This document shows positions 50,101-60,818 of a stretch of 64,000 bases of DNA, one piece after another. Source of the DNA: Nemertoderma westbladi (taxonomy: Eukaryota > Animalia > Xenacoelomorpha); the NCBI GenBank assembly GCA_032718475.1, contig JAUCBJ010001693.1, forward strand, positions 1 to 64,000, given 5' to 3'. Every line of letters begins with the position of its first letter. The first letter of the stretch is position 1. A program made the translations under genes and the position numbers. The notes beneath the pieces were generated by a model, which was given only the letters and a program-made list of their open reading frames with translations, searched no databases and was not told the origin of the DNA.

Positions 50101-50703
50101 AATTAGAACACGTAATAAAGGTGCGCGGTTTTTTCTGGAAAATTTGGTGTGGAGTAGCGAAATATGCGTCCACTACAAAGATTTTAGAAGCTGTTGATAA
50201 CCCAAACAGCACATCAATCTCATTGGCCAACTTAGCTGGGAACAGGCGCCGCATAGCGGCACAGTTCCTATCTAATGGGTTTCACCACAAAGTCTGCCAA
50301 GAGGGGAGATGCTGGAGACCAAAAGATAAATGTGTCTGTCGTCTCTGTAAAGAGCCAGCAAAAGATGTTGCCCACACTTTGGTTTGTGAAGCTATACCAA
50401 ATCCCCAAACCCCACTGGAACTTGCCTTTTACCTGCAAAAGCTCGATTGACCATTTTACCGACATTTTATGTGCATTAATTTTTACCAAATTTAACTTAG
50501 CCAAAATATATAATAAAATATTAACTAAATGGTATTTATTTCTAACATAGTATATTTTATGCGTGTACTGATTAATTTGTATATTAGTGCTAAAAATTAT
50601 GTCCTCAATTAACTGTATGTATTATTTTATATTTATTGTGTATTTTATTAATATCTATATCCTCTTACGTCCAATCTGGATATTACACGTCTTATGAATT
50701 ATC
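47120..50703 (+). mobile_element. Apparently full-length single-ORF LINE (APE-RT), intact
   Basis: 11-bp TSD gattctagaat (47109-47119, 50704-50714). The empty site is present in the paralogous unit at 45710-45720. No poly-A tail. Confidence 0.95.
47235..50450 (+). CDS. LINE polyprotein: Ala/Pro repeat, C2HC finger, APE endonuclease, reverse transcriptase, Cys-rich C-terminus (1071 aa)
   Basis: SWNVEG, LTET, GDFN, SVIDL (APE); [32 protein letters not shown] (RT); CKGC-x12-H-x3-C; terminal CVCRLC..H...C. Confidence 0.95.
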   Translation: MWNSAPPVPNAPVAPAAASNAPVAPAVAPNAPVAPAAAPNAPVAPAAAPNAPVAPVTAPNAPVAPAAAPNAPVAHAAAPNAPVAHAAAPNAPMAPAAAPNAPVAPAASPNAPVAPATAPNARVAISCKGCRKVYRYPASLTKHQILCPRFKAADNLELLSQLPFSLPNTLPKIGADANSLSFISWNVEGAETTLDTTIDETFTNTDVLLLTETFMEDLVIDGYACYNVPCEKQDHGRPTGGLTIGINSRLSFVHKCLFSSPSIIAVQCPNFHIILAYFKPVTDVTEILLELNDVVQLVLFKANIPVILAGDFNCRIDGDSTRGDLLCDSLLGLNLVSISDPKLPTYICWNGTSVIDLVFASTNILDYINTAVIHTINTKHQRVNINLSMEHINSVGIGTRDKRPETIRNIDTDKLGELLDPEIFANALADSVDSACKHVSDAITQSAINRPQRKSKPWFNKSCYNLMSQVKQHRSLINSDSSDTQLEAYRTIQKEYKSTMKANKKLYSIRRESNIIKRCESDQKEFWNILKTRKETSVSHQVTNESWFNHFTSLLTRPNPPQLPEVDNNYEDYLDTTITGEEVTAAVASQKSGKAAGPDGITNDILKKGFGHLFPFLFALFAVCFSKATCPIAWLTSIIIPLYKGKGPKSSPDAYRGIALLSCLFKTYTSILFKRLYTWAETYNKLPDEQYGFRTGRSTLDAVRKLYSYISNSLPSGSPVYCVFVDFTKAFDSVNRVKLAYKLSKLGVSRIFISAIWALIATNCIRICVGLYLSDPIFQMIGVIQGDKLSPLLFSLFIADLPLVLTGIGIGLLLYADDLAIYGNSINSVQKTLDKLYKYCDENDLHVNLSKTKVVKFRRGGRLSKQDKLFYNNKSLEFINNFNYLGVVFTTTNKSSGHYKHLYKRGVASCMRLACIVDMHSISYPSAQKLWSLVVFPAVTYGISVFQNLTKEQQKQLEHVIKVRGFFWKIWCGVAKYASTTKILEAVDNPNSTSISLANLAGNRRRIAAQFLSNGFHHKVCQEGRCWRPKDKCVCRLCKEPAKDVAHTLVCEAIPNPQTPLELAFYLQKLD

Positions 50704-50855
50704 GATTCTAGAATTTAATCTTCATATTATATAAATAACAAAAACGTCGATAAAACTTGTCATACGCAAAACACTAATGATTAAAGTTGCAACAAATTTT
50801 TATTAGGATAAATAAATAATAGAAACAGTACTGGTGATTAGGTTCCAGTGCTGTG

Positions 50856-51224
50856 ATGGCTTACAATGAGAGTGAAAATGGCGCGTTGGGTGAGGATGAG
50901 TTACTGAGTTGGGCCTTAGAGGAAGATAGAAAGAAGGATATTGTGAGTAGATCAACCAGCAGGAAATATATGGCGAAACGGAGACGAAAGAAACGGAAGG
51001 GAAGTAAGAAGGGAAAGAAGAGCAGGTCTAGGAGTCGCCGAGGTAAAGGAAGTCGGTCTAGAAGTCGTAGAGGAAAGGGGAAAAAAGGAAAGACGATGAA
51101 GGGAAGATCGAAAAGTCGGGGGAAGAAAGGAGTAGGGAAGTCCCGATCAAGGGGCCTTGGAAGAAGAGCCGATGGGAAAAGTCTTGCCTGTCAGGGAAAA
51201 CTTGACCTTGCAGCAAGTTTATGA
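50856..51224 (+). pseudogene. Protamine-like gene, copy 2 (probably disabled)
   Basis: Near-identical to copy 1, but with a 12-bp deletion, a 1-nt deletion near the end (cttgaccttg vs cttgatccttg), a LINE in the promoter and an LTR element in the 3' flank. Confidence 0.65.
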
Positions 51225-51318
51225 AGAAGTTGGTAAAGGAGGAGATGAAACAGAACTACTATCTGAAAAAAAAATTTGTTGATTTGTTGAACTAATTAAT
51301 CCTGTAAACTGATATTTT

Positions 51319-52589
51319 TGTAAAATCTTCTGTGGGATATAACTGGCCCCTTTTGCTTCGCAATCCAGTTTCCCCCCAGGCGCTGGAATACTCTAAAAGG
51401 CTCTCTAACTATATATATATTCCCCTCGCCCGTAAGGTACCGTTATAGGTGTTTTAACGGACATAAAAGTCATTCTTCTATATACGTGTTTTGGCGGACA
51501 TGGTAAGGCAAAAAACCTGCAATGCACCAAATACCTTTACACAGCTTAGCCTTGATGATTCAGATTACGACATCTAACAGCTGGTTGCTGACATGGAAAC
51601 GGCCATTGGACACATGGTTCTTTGTTTAGCTTAAGCCAATCAGAGCGATTTTTTCTGTCGATGTGGAGCTTTTCGGCCGATCATACTAGGAGTGTTCAGT
51701 CTTACTGTTTTTGTGATACTGTTGTGTTGTTGCTATCTAGGCCAGGAACACCGGCTCTAGAGTCAACTCGTTTTCATACTTTAGAAGAAACATTAGTAGG
51801 CTTAAGATTATAGAGCGTATAACTGTTATCAGTTCAGTCCAGTCCATATCATATATCACATATCATAACTTGTCATATCATATCTTGACCTACCGTCTTA
51901 ATGTTTTACTGTTGTCATATTTTGTATTAGTTGGTTGAATATTATTTGGAGAACATTTATAAAGAACCCAAATTTCCCAATTTTCTTGATACACTACAGG
52001 TTAGAGAGACGGGTTATATATAGCGATTGCGACTTATATTATTGTGGTTTGTAGTGAATTTAATGCTATTTGATAAGCACTACATGAATCCGTTGCTGTT
52101 CTCTTTATATATGATAAAATTCATTGACGGTCGGCAAATTAGTGAGCAGTATTGTGTGTTACCGGTAGTGTGCATGATTGTGACTGATAACTAAGCATTT
52201 CCTAAAGAATGCGCCTCATACGTGAATCATAAGCCTTACCGACTTACCGTTGTGATTAGTATAAGTCATATCTCTGTTTACCTAGATAGAGCGCCACGTC
52301 CTAAAGGAACTGTTAATATTTCCCGAAAGTGAATAATATTAGTCAGAAATTATTTATTAACGATCAATCGAATAATACAGTAAGCTTACACTGCAATAAT
52401 AATCTAAGCCCTCAGAATCCAGTCTCCCGGGTATATCCAGCGGGTGAATGGACGCGCACTAGGCTGGCTTCTGCTAATGTTGTGTTTATTGGTATTAAAT
52501 ATTTGTCAACTTCTAAAGTCTATTTGTAAACCAAAAGACATATAAATTTTGGCAGGTTAAACTGCTAAAGGTCTTCAAAAGCGCGTACA
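51319..52589 (+). repeat. 5' LTR
   Basis: Direct repeat of 62356-63626; I could see only ~4 substitutions. Confidence 0.97.
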
Positions 52590-54834
52590 ATAACAGTTAT
52601 AGTCTTTATTGCAGTAAGCAATAAAGTTGAAAGTACCGGTCGACCGGTAAACCTGAACCGGTACTTCTGTAGGTCAGTAGGCCCAACTGCCAGAACCGGT
52701 ACTGCTGTAGGTCCGTAGGTCCAACTGCCAGAACCGGTACTTCTGTAGGTCTGTAGGCCCAACCATCCTAACCGGTACTTCCAGTATAAGTACATTAGTA
52801 TTATTCGATTTTGATTATTGTATACCGGTAGGTCTCGATATTAAATCGGGGACGCCTGGTTTTTATTGGGATTTTACTTAGGTCCATTTCTGTCAGTTTT
52901 ATTTCCTAGTAAGTTAATATTGAGCTGAAGACGTGTAAGTCTGCTCAGATTGTTCAGATAACTGTAGGCCGGACTGTTGTCGGATTGTTGTTGGGTTTGG
53001 AGAGATTACTGCGTGTGTAGAGTTTGTCCGATAGAGTGCCAGTTAGTAAGTTGGGGCAGCCATAGCTGTAAGGTCAATCCCCTCTTAAAGAATAAGTCGT
53101 ACTACCGTGTTAGAACGCATACTAACTAACCATTTTGGAATCTGCACATACTGTAGTTTATTTAGGCTTGACAGTATTCTGCCAGCGTTTTGGCCTGTGT
53201 TTGTTTGTGTGGTCTGTTCAGGTACCGTAATAGTTATTACTCAGATATTTTGTAGGCTGGATTGTTGTCTAGCTATTATTAGGTCTGAAGAGATTGCTGC
53301 GTGTGTAGAGTTTGTCTGATAAAGTGCCAGTTAGTAAGTTGGGGCAGCCATAGCTGTAAGGTCAATCCCCTCTTAAAGAATAAGTCGTACTACCGTGTTA
53401 GAACGCATACTAACTAACCATTTTGGAATCTGCACATACTGTAGTTTATTTAGGCTTGGTGGTAGTCTGCCAGCGTTTGGTTTGTATTTTGTTTGAGTAG
53501 TCTGTACACGTAGCGTAATATTTATTATTCAGAGTTTATGCGATTATTCGCAACATTCATGTCCCCAAGTTTATTCCTACAGTAATTGTGCTTGTTACAC
53601 ATACCGTTATAGTTAAATTAACCCCGGTACTACACGGGCTGCTTGGCGTAGGAAAAGACTGGTGACTTTGTGCTTCGGTCACTCCAGCAGATGCCGTGGT
53701 TCTTTTAACTGTTCAAGTATATTTAACTACTGATTATTTGTTGTACCAGTACTTGTACCTAATTTAGGGTTTAGTGTACAGTGCTTTCCGAAAGTAATTA
53801 GTGTGTAGGCAGTATATTTGTGTTGTAAAGTGGTTAATAGGCACGTTGGATCTGGTAGTCCGCGGTAATTAACTTCTAGGTAGGAACACTCCGTGATACA
53901 TAACGTAGTACCTATAGCGATACGGCTATAGGTCGTCAGGCGGTGGTATTTTCCTATCTGGACAGTGCAATATATTTACTACTACTTATTATTTTCAAAT
54001 ACCGTAGTACCCTGTCCGTTGTAATAACCAGAAATCTAACCCTTTGTTAGACTGGTTTGTAGACTTCCTGTAAAATTACCCTAAAAATTTCGTACGTAAT
54101 ATTTTGTTGTGTTTAATTAGAGATTTAATCTCACCCATATCGTAAGTAATTTGTAGTATTAAGTAACTTAGGTAAATTAGAATTATCTGTTTTAGTGTCC
54201 CATAAGTAGCACTTCACTGAGAGCGCACAGCTTCTGTGTAGTGACTTCCCCAGAAATAATAACATCTATTTCAATATTGTAACAAAAACCCTTTTTAACG
54301 GGTATATATCTATTATAAATCAACTCAAACGATTTATAAATAGTAGGCCTGCCATACAACAACTAGGTCTCAATATCAGTTGGACTACTGCTTAAATAAC
54401 GGTAATAAAGTAAGTTAAAGTAACCAAGTAACCCTAAAATATTCAGAAATTCAATTATTCTAAAATAATTGACATACCGGTATTTACCATAGGCTTATTA
54501 TATTTATTTCTATAAATTTGTGCTGAAATCATACCGGTATTCTGTAATTAATTCTAGTCTGTAATAATTATACTTATATATACTATAAGTGTCAGCTGTA
54601 TACCGGTATTCACGATAGGCCTATTATATATTTATATATATTTGTGCTAAAATTATATACCGGTACTCTGTGACAAATCTAGTCTGTAATAATACTTATA
54701 TATATACTATAAGTGTATACCGGTATTCTAATATACTGTAATAAATTACCGGTACTAGGCCAACGGTCATACTGAATTACTAGACTTGCTTTAACTGTAT
54801 TTATAGCCGTAGGCATTCAACTGTGTAAACAAAC

Positions 54835-57800
54835 ATGTCAGACGCAACCAAATCACTGTCAGATAGTCTCTTAGAAAGTGTTAGAATGAGTATTAGACAT
54901 AGGCAGCGTATTAAAAGGATCTGTGACCAAGATCCAAGTATAGAACATCCTAGATCCAAGTCTAAGTCACCTACTATTGTAAGAAAGGCCATCCCTACAG
55001 TAGTAGTGTCAGACCCTAGGCTAGTAGAACAGCGTAGGTCTATCATCGGCACTCGGGCCCAAGTCAAGCGGGATCAAGAAGCAGCTATCAAACAGCAGCA
55101 ACCTCCTAGCCAAAAACCTAGTTCTCAGCAGCCCGATAGCTCCAGTAGTTTGGATACTGTTGAGCGGACACCCGAACGCGGAGAGAAGATGGCGGATACG
55201 GTTTATGATGAGCGGCCAACCTATGAAGAATCAACCGACGCCACTTCTTCTCAAGTGGAAAGCGAAGTGGAAAGCGAAGTGGAAAGCGAATTAACAGCAG
55301 CAGAGAAGCCGCGAACTAGAGACGCCATTGACATATATCTGTCAGACTATCAGCGATTCCTAGGAGACGAAGAGTTGAGGAGACGACTGTCTGGACTTCG
55401 CCCTAATAGTGAAGGAACCAAGCTTGTGTTGGACGCAATCGATGCGGAAATGTTAGCTGCGAACCAAACTAAATTCGATGAACAACTCCGCATCACTAGA
55501 GTCCAAGAAGAACAAGTAAAGAAAAAAGCGATAGAAGACAGAAAGAAAGCGGCAGTGGCAGCAGCAGCGGCAAAGGCGGCAGCGGAAGAGGCAAAAGCGG
55601 CAGTGGCAGTGGAAGTGGCAGCAGCAGTGGCAAAAGCGGCAGCGGCAGTGGAAGCAGCAAAAGCAGCAGCAGCAATAGCATTGGCAGAAGCAGAACAGAG
55701 AGCGTCTGAAGAGACCACCCAACTGGAGTTGGAAAATCTTCAAGAGACGCAAGACTGCATAAATAAACAGTTAACTGCTAATCAAATGCAGATGATGAGT
55801 CGATCTACTCCCAAACGCCAAGGATACACATCATCGGAGGAAGGCGAAACCACCGATCCTGAAGGCGGAGGAAATAGATCTCGTCTAAGCAGGCGTAGAA
55901 AAGCATCTCACCGTCACAAATTGCCTGATTTGCCCCCAGCTGTTAGAAGACAACTAGCTAACACAGACTTAGGTAGTTCAGAACCCACAGACCAAATTGT
56001 TAAGGTCAAAAGACTCCCTACGATACTCGATGAGTCTGAAATAATTAGGCCTGTCGTTCCCAAAGCCACTCCTGTGCTAGAGACCCCTGTACTTACAGAG
56101 CTTAACTCTAAATTCCCTTTACACAGTACTACACTGCCTGTACCCGGTAGAACAGTCCATGAGAATATCCCTGTCCTGGACGCTGAGAGAGAAATCAAAG
56201 ATTTGTCTCCCGTCGTCCCGCGTCTGCCCGCTACAATGTTGGCGACTCCCGCTTCGGCGGTCGAGTGGGTAGAGGAGGGACGGCGGGGGATGAATCTCCT
56301 GCTCGGACAGATGCAGGAGACTGTCCACCAACTCAAGGGAACATTAAGGGAAAGTAGGGTAGAATTGCAAGAAGTGCAGCAAAGTATCGCGCTAGAACGC
56401 GACAAATTAGTCAATATACAAAAGGGTATACCAATACCCCCTGTAACATTGTGTCAACCTGTTAGGTCTGAAGTATTACATGCGCAAGGTGTGGAGCCTA
56501 CACGCATCTATACTGCTAGTGAAGTAGAAACTCCTATAGCAAACCCTATTAAGGGTGATTATGAACCTGTTGTTAATGATATTCCCTATAGACCTGATAA
56601 TAATCCGAGAAATTTATATACCGATAATTCGATATTAAATAATACGATGGCCCAAGAAAGCTTTACGCGTCAGATGGCTAGAACAGAAGCCCGCCAAGCG
56701 GTCAAAGTGGGAGAAATCGTCAAATTCAATGGAGATGAGATGAAATGGTTACCTTTCAATGAATATTACAAAGATAGCATACAGAACTCTGTACTATCTA
56801 ACGGAGAGAAACTTAGGTTCCTCATCAAGTGCTTAGAAGGACCTCCCAAGTTAATGGCGTTAAAGTTTATTGGACATCCAGAAGGATTAAGACAAGTTTG
56901 GGATACATTAAACATCAGGTATGGTAACAAGGATAACATAGCTAAGTATTTGTATGCAAAATTAGTAGCCCCCCGAAACTTCCTTAGTAGCGGGATTATA
57001 GAGTTTTCCGATGAGATTCAGGAGATCTGTAGACAATTGGACTGGTTAGGTAAGTCTCATGAATATCAGAGTTCCATGGTTATTGGAGCAGTAGTCTCTA
57101 CTTTACCAAAGGGTGGAGTATGTACACGCTGGGACAAGAAAGTGTTGTACATGAATGAACAACAACGACGAAGCCCTACCATGGCTGATCTCATGTCCTT
57201 TTTAGATAGTAAAGTAAAATTACAACTCATAAAGCAGTCCAGAGAGAAAACATCGGAAAATAAGGTAAGTGAGAAACCCGTTTCTAGGAGAAGGATAATA
57301 CCAGTGTGTTATACTGACGACGGCGAAAGCCAAGCTTCTCAAGAAGAGGACAGCGGGAAAGACACAGCAAAATCTTACTATGACAACAAGACCTATAAAG
57401 ACGTAAGTAAATACAAGTCTCGAACCAGTAACAGGAGAGAACAGGTAACAACAACTCCTCCTACGTCTCCTAAGAGAATTCACGGAAGAAAGCCCGAAGA
57501 AAGAACGAGAGTGCATAACGTTACCCAAGGTAAAGTGAGTAACATCAAACCAAAATGTGCGCTGTGCGACGGGCCCCACCGTTTGAGTGCGTGTGCTGAA
57601 TTTCTAAAGAAATCCCTTGTAGACAGACGTACAGTCCTGTGGAATAAGCGGTTATGCTATAATTGCCTCAGATCAGGACACCAACGGCGAACCTGTTACT
57701 CCGACGTAAAGTGTGCAAAGTGTGGCGCGAAACATCACATCTTGTTACACAGTGAGTTCGAACGAAACAACCCGAGTCAGGTAAGTGAGCCCGAACTACA

Positions 57801-58989
57801 TGTCCAGTTCAGTGATGTAAATGACACTGATCAAGAATCTGAGATGGAAGGATTCTATACTGACGAATTCTCCGACGCCAACGAATCCTGTTACTTAATA
57901 AATACCGCAGTGTATCGAGCACTTACGCATGAAAAGGACACCGAAAATGAGTTCCCCCCAACTACCTTTGACAGACAACCATCTTGGAAAGCTCCAACTT
58001 CCAATGTAGGAATCAGAGAATTTCCTGTAGTGCAGGTAAGAGTTCACGGTCCTAACAACAGTTACATAGTGAACGCCCTCCTTGACTCCGGCAGCACAGG
58101 AACATTCATCGATCAAGAACTAGCCAAAGATATCTTTGCTGGACAACCCAAATTCCGGACTAAATTGAATATATCAGGAATTATGCAGGTTTGGAAATCT
58201 ACCCTAACGGCAGACTACTATGTAGGTGTGTTGTCCACCCCCCAGGATAAGTTAGGAGCACAAGGTATAAGGTCGGTAAAAATGGTGGCTATAAAGAACT
58301 TCGCTACTACTCAAGCAGACCTTTATAATTGGGACGAGGATGAGAGCATCCAACATCTTAAGATACCTCGATTCCAGACAGATTATCCTGGAGTGCAAAT
58401 ACTCATCGGCCAAAACGCGCATGAAGCGCTCGAGACATTGGAGAAATGGCCTGCTCAACCGCAGCCATTACAAACCTATGCGGTAAGAACTAGAGTAGGT
58501 TGGTACTTCACTGGCCCTTCCCGTAGAACTCTCAAAGAGAGATTACCTCAACAACAGGTATACCAAGTAAAGGAATGGGAAGTGGAGAGCAGTGATGTGG
58601 ACGATCCAACTGAGGGAACACCATACTCCTCAGATAATGACGATATTAACTCCAATGTAGATCAATGGAGACATTGCCTTGGGACGATTAATCCAGCCGA
58701 CATCGCTTCCAGAGGAGCAACTCCTCAAAAACTGATAGATACTCCAGGCTGGTTAGGTGGATCCGACTTCTTAAGTAAAGAAGAAGAAGAATGGCCTCCT
58801 CATCTTACCCCGGCGGAGATTAGACAGGCCAAGGGAGCGGAGAAAGTAACACAACAACTCAATCGCCCAGCTAGTCGTTTATGTTTACTGGAAAGAGACC
58901 AAAAACTGTCCGGAAACTATGGAAGGCAAGATACTCTTCCTACGACCACTTCCCTAATCCGACAAATATCTAGGGACTCCATAACGTAA
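54835..58989 (+). CDS. BEL/Pao Gag-protease fused to an RNase H C-terminal remnant (1384 aa); RT and integrase absent
   Basis: KFNGDEMKW..F (DUF1759-like); CALCDGPH..C, CYNCLRSGH..C and CAKCGAKHHILLH; ALLDSGS protease; then directly QWRHCLGTINPADIASRG..W.GG.DFL...EEWP. Confidence 0.92.
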   Translation: MSDATKSLSDSLLESVRMSIRHRQRIKRICDQDPSIEHPRSKSKSPTIVRKAIPTVVVSDPRLVEQRRSIIGTRAQVKRDQEAAIKQQQPPSQKPSSQQPDSSSSLDTVERTPERGEKMADTVYDERPTYEESTDATSSQVESEVESEVESELTAAEKPRTRDAIDIYLSDYQRFLGDEELRRRLSGLRPNSEGTKLVLDAIDAEMLAANQTKFDEQLRITRVQEEQVKKKAIEDRKKAAVAAAAAKAAAEEAKAAVAVEVAAAVAKAAAAVEAAKAAAAIALAEAEQRASEETTQLELENLQETQDCINKQLTANQMQMMSRSTPKRQGYTSSEEGETTDPEGGGNRSRLSRRRKASHRHKLPDLPPAVRRQLANTDLGSSEPTDQIVKVKRLPTILDESEIIRPVVPKATPVLETPVLTELNSKFPLHSTTLPVPGRTVHENIPVLDAEREIKDLSPVVPRLPATMLATPASAVEWVEEGRRGMNLLLGQMQETVHQLKGTLRESRVELQEVQQSIALERDKLVNIQKGIPIPPVTLCQPVRSEVLHAQGVEPTRIYTASEVETPIANPIKGDYEPVVNDIPYRPDNNPRNLYTDNSILNNTMAQESFTRQMARTEARQAVKVGEIVKFNGDEMKWLPFNEYYKDSIQNSVLSNGEKLRFLIKCLEGPPKLMALKFIGHPEGLRQVWDTLNIRYGNKDNIAKYLYAKLVAPRNFLSSGIIEFSDEIQEICRQLDWLGKSHEYQSSMVIGAVVSTLPKGGVCTRWDKKVLYMNEQQRRSPTMADLMSFLDSKVKLQLIKQSREKTSENKVSEKPVSRRRIIPVCYTDDGESQASQEEDSGKDTAKSYYDNKTYKDVSKYKSRTSNRREQVTTTPPTSPKRIHGRKPEERTRVHNVTQGKVSNIKPKCALCDGPHRLSACAEFLKKSLVDRRTVLWNKRLCYNCLRSGHQRRTCYSDVKCAKCGAKHHILLHSEFERNNPSQVSEPELHVQFSDVNDTDQESEMEGFYTDEFSDANESCYLINTAVYRALTHEKDTENEFPPTTFDRQPSWKAPTSNVGIREFPVVQVRVHGPNNSYIVNALLDSGSTGTFIDQELAKDIFAGQPKFRTKLNISGIMQVWKSTLTADYYVGVLSTPQDKLGAQGIRSVKMVAIKNFATTQADLYNWDEDESIQHLKIPRFQTDYPGVQILIGQNAHEALETLEKWPAQPQPLQTYAVRTRVGWYFTGPSRRTLKERLPQQQVYQVKEWEVESSDVDDPTEGTPYSSDNDDINSNVDQWRHCLGTINPADIASRGATPQKLIDTPGWLGGSDFLSKEEEEWPPHLTPAEIRQAKGAEKVTQQLNRPASRLCLLERDQKLSGNYGRQDTLPTTTSLIRQISRDSIT

Positions 58990-60818
58990 TAACATATGGA
59001 GTGGGCGTGTGACTATATCATTTTATATTTGTTTTTATTTTATATTTATGTATGTATTATTATGTAATTTTATTATAATCGTTTTCTTTAATTTTATTTA
59101 GTAGAATGTTCTTTTAGTGATTATTTAGTAGATTAGTGCAATATATTAGTGTTTATTACGTACGTAATTACTTATAATATATATTTAGTGCGACGGCGAG
59201 AAATAATTATTTTTTCTCTTTCCTTACTGTCCGTATCATATTATAAATACGTGACTACAGTAAGATGAAATGTCCGTACTTATTAAAGTACAATAAAGCT
59301 CCTACTATACTTAAGTATTATTGGTAGGCAGAGTATTAGGAATGCAAAGTTCAGATCCTCGTGTCTCGGCTAAACCAAGCTCTGGGTAGACCTTGGAAAC
59401 GACTTGCCTCTTCACACTGACATTGCTTCGTGCGATATTGCTCTTCTACCTTATATTAAATAATACATATAGTAGCGTGATGTCCCTCTAACAGTAGCGT
59501 AAACGCAAATAATCGTTTTCTTTAATTTTATTTAGTAGAATGTTCTTTTAGTGATTATTTAGTAGATTAGTGCAATATATTAGTGTTTATTACGTACGTA
59601 ATTACTTATAATATATATTTAGTGCGACGGCGAGAAATAATTATTTTTTCACTTTCCTTACTGTCCGTATCATATTATAAATACGTGACTACAGTAAGAT
59701 GAAATGTCCGTACTTATTACTTAGGAATAAACCTTTTGACCATCTGTAATTCTAGTCGATTAAGATATCGCGGCACCCACCGATATACTTGAAAGACAAA
59801 TTCTAGAATCAGTGATTAACGTCCCCAGACAAGTTCTGGAATAAATCGGTGCCCATCTTAAATATTAATTTAATATTTATTAAAATCTGTAAAATTCAGA
59901 TCCTTTAAAATTTCTAGTCAATTAAGATATCGCAGCACTTACCGATACTCTTAAAAGACAATTTTATAGAATTAAGGATCCTAAGTCCCCAGACATACTC
60001 TGGAATAAAAATTGTGTCAATTTTAACATCAAATAATAAAATTCATGGGAATAAATTTAAATTCATATTTTAAATGAATTTCATAAATTGTCATTTTGTG
60101 CAATTTGTAACATTCCCAAAATTCCATTAATTAATAGATCACGGGAGCGGAGATTCATCCTATTGAGTGTATTAGAGTGCGAGAATCTCCAACATATAGT
60201 CAATAGCCGATAAAATTAATAAAATCATACATAAAGAGGATATTGACAATTAAAGAATTATTATTAAATAGCATCCCAGATCTGTATGCATGAGAATTAC
60301 CCTAATTCTACCGCTAGCATTCCATAATGTCACCATAGCAACACCCACGCTAGAATTAGAAGCAAGTTAAGAGAACAATAGAAAGCTTGTCACATTGCAT
60401 AGCATAGAGAATACATAGCACACTGTTAGTATCCAAGGATACACAGTAATAACGTGACATTCTGGAAGGCACTGACTAACGGACAAATGGCCTGTATGTG
60501 TACAATTGGTGACAGTTGTGTGGAATTTGTGCGTTTGTAGGTGAATGTTACTGCTAAGGTGTGTTTACAGTAGCTAGTCGCAATTGTGAAAGTAGCCCAA
60601 CTCTCCTATAGAAAGAACCTAAAGTGGATTCAAGCCTTTGGGACGGACAGTGGAGTGACTTGTGCCGGTTATCGTTGTCGTGATGTTGCTACATGTTGGC
60701 GTAAACACCGCGACGACGGTACATCGGCGCTGAGAATCCCACTGTCCGGGGCGAAGAGAGGTAGGCAGCGACGCCCGCTCGCCTAAACATAAACTCATTA
60801 CAATATTAATAAACTCAA

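Noticed and set aside
51622-52529. Small ORFs duplicated at 62659-63566
   Set aside because: They are identical only because they lie in the two LTRs, and they are not preserved in the divergent LTR-like copy.
55350-56414. Minus-strand low-complexity ORFs
   Set aside because: Antisense shadows of the Ala/Glu/Lys-rich Gag region.
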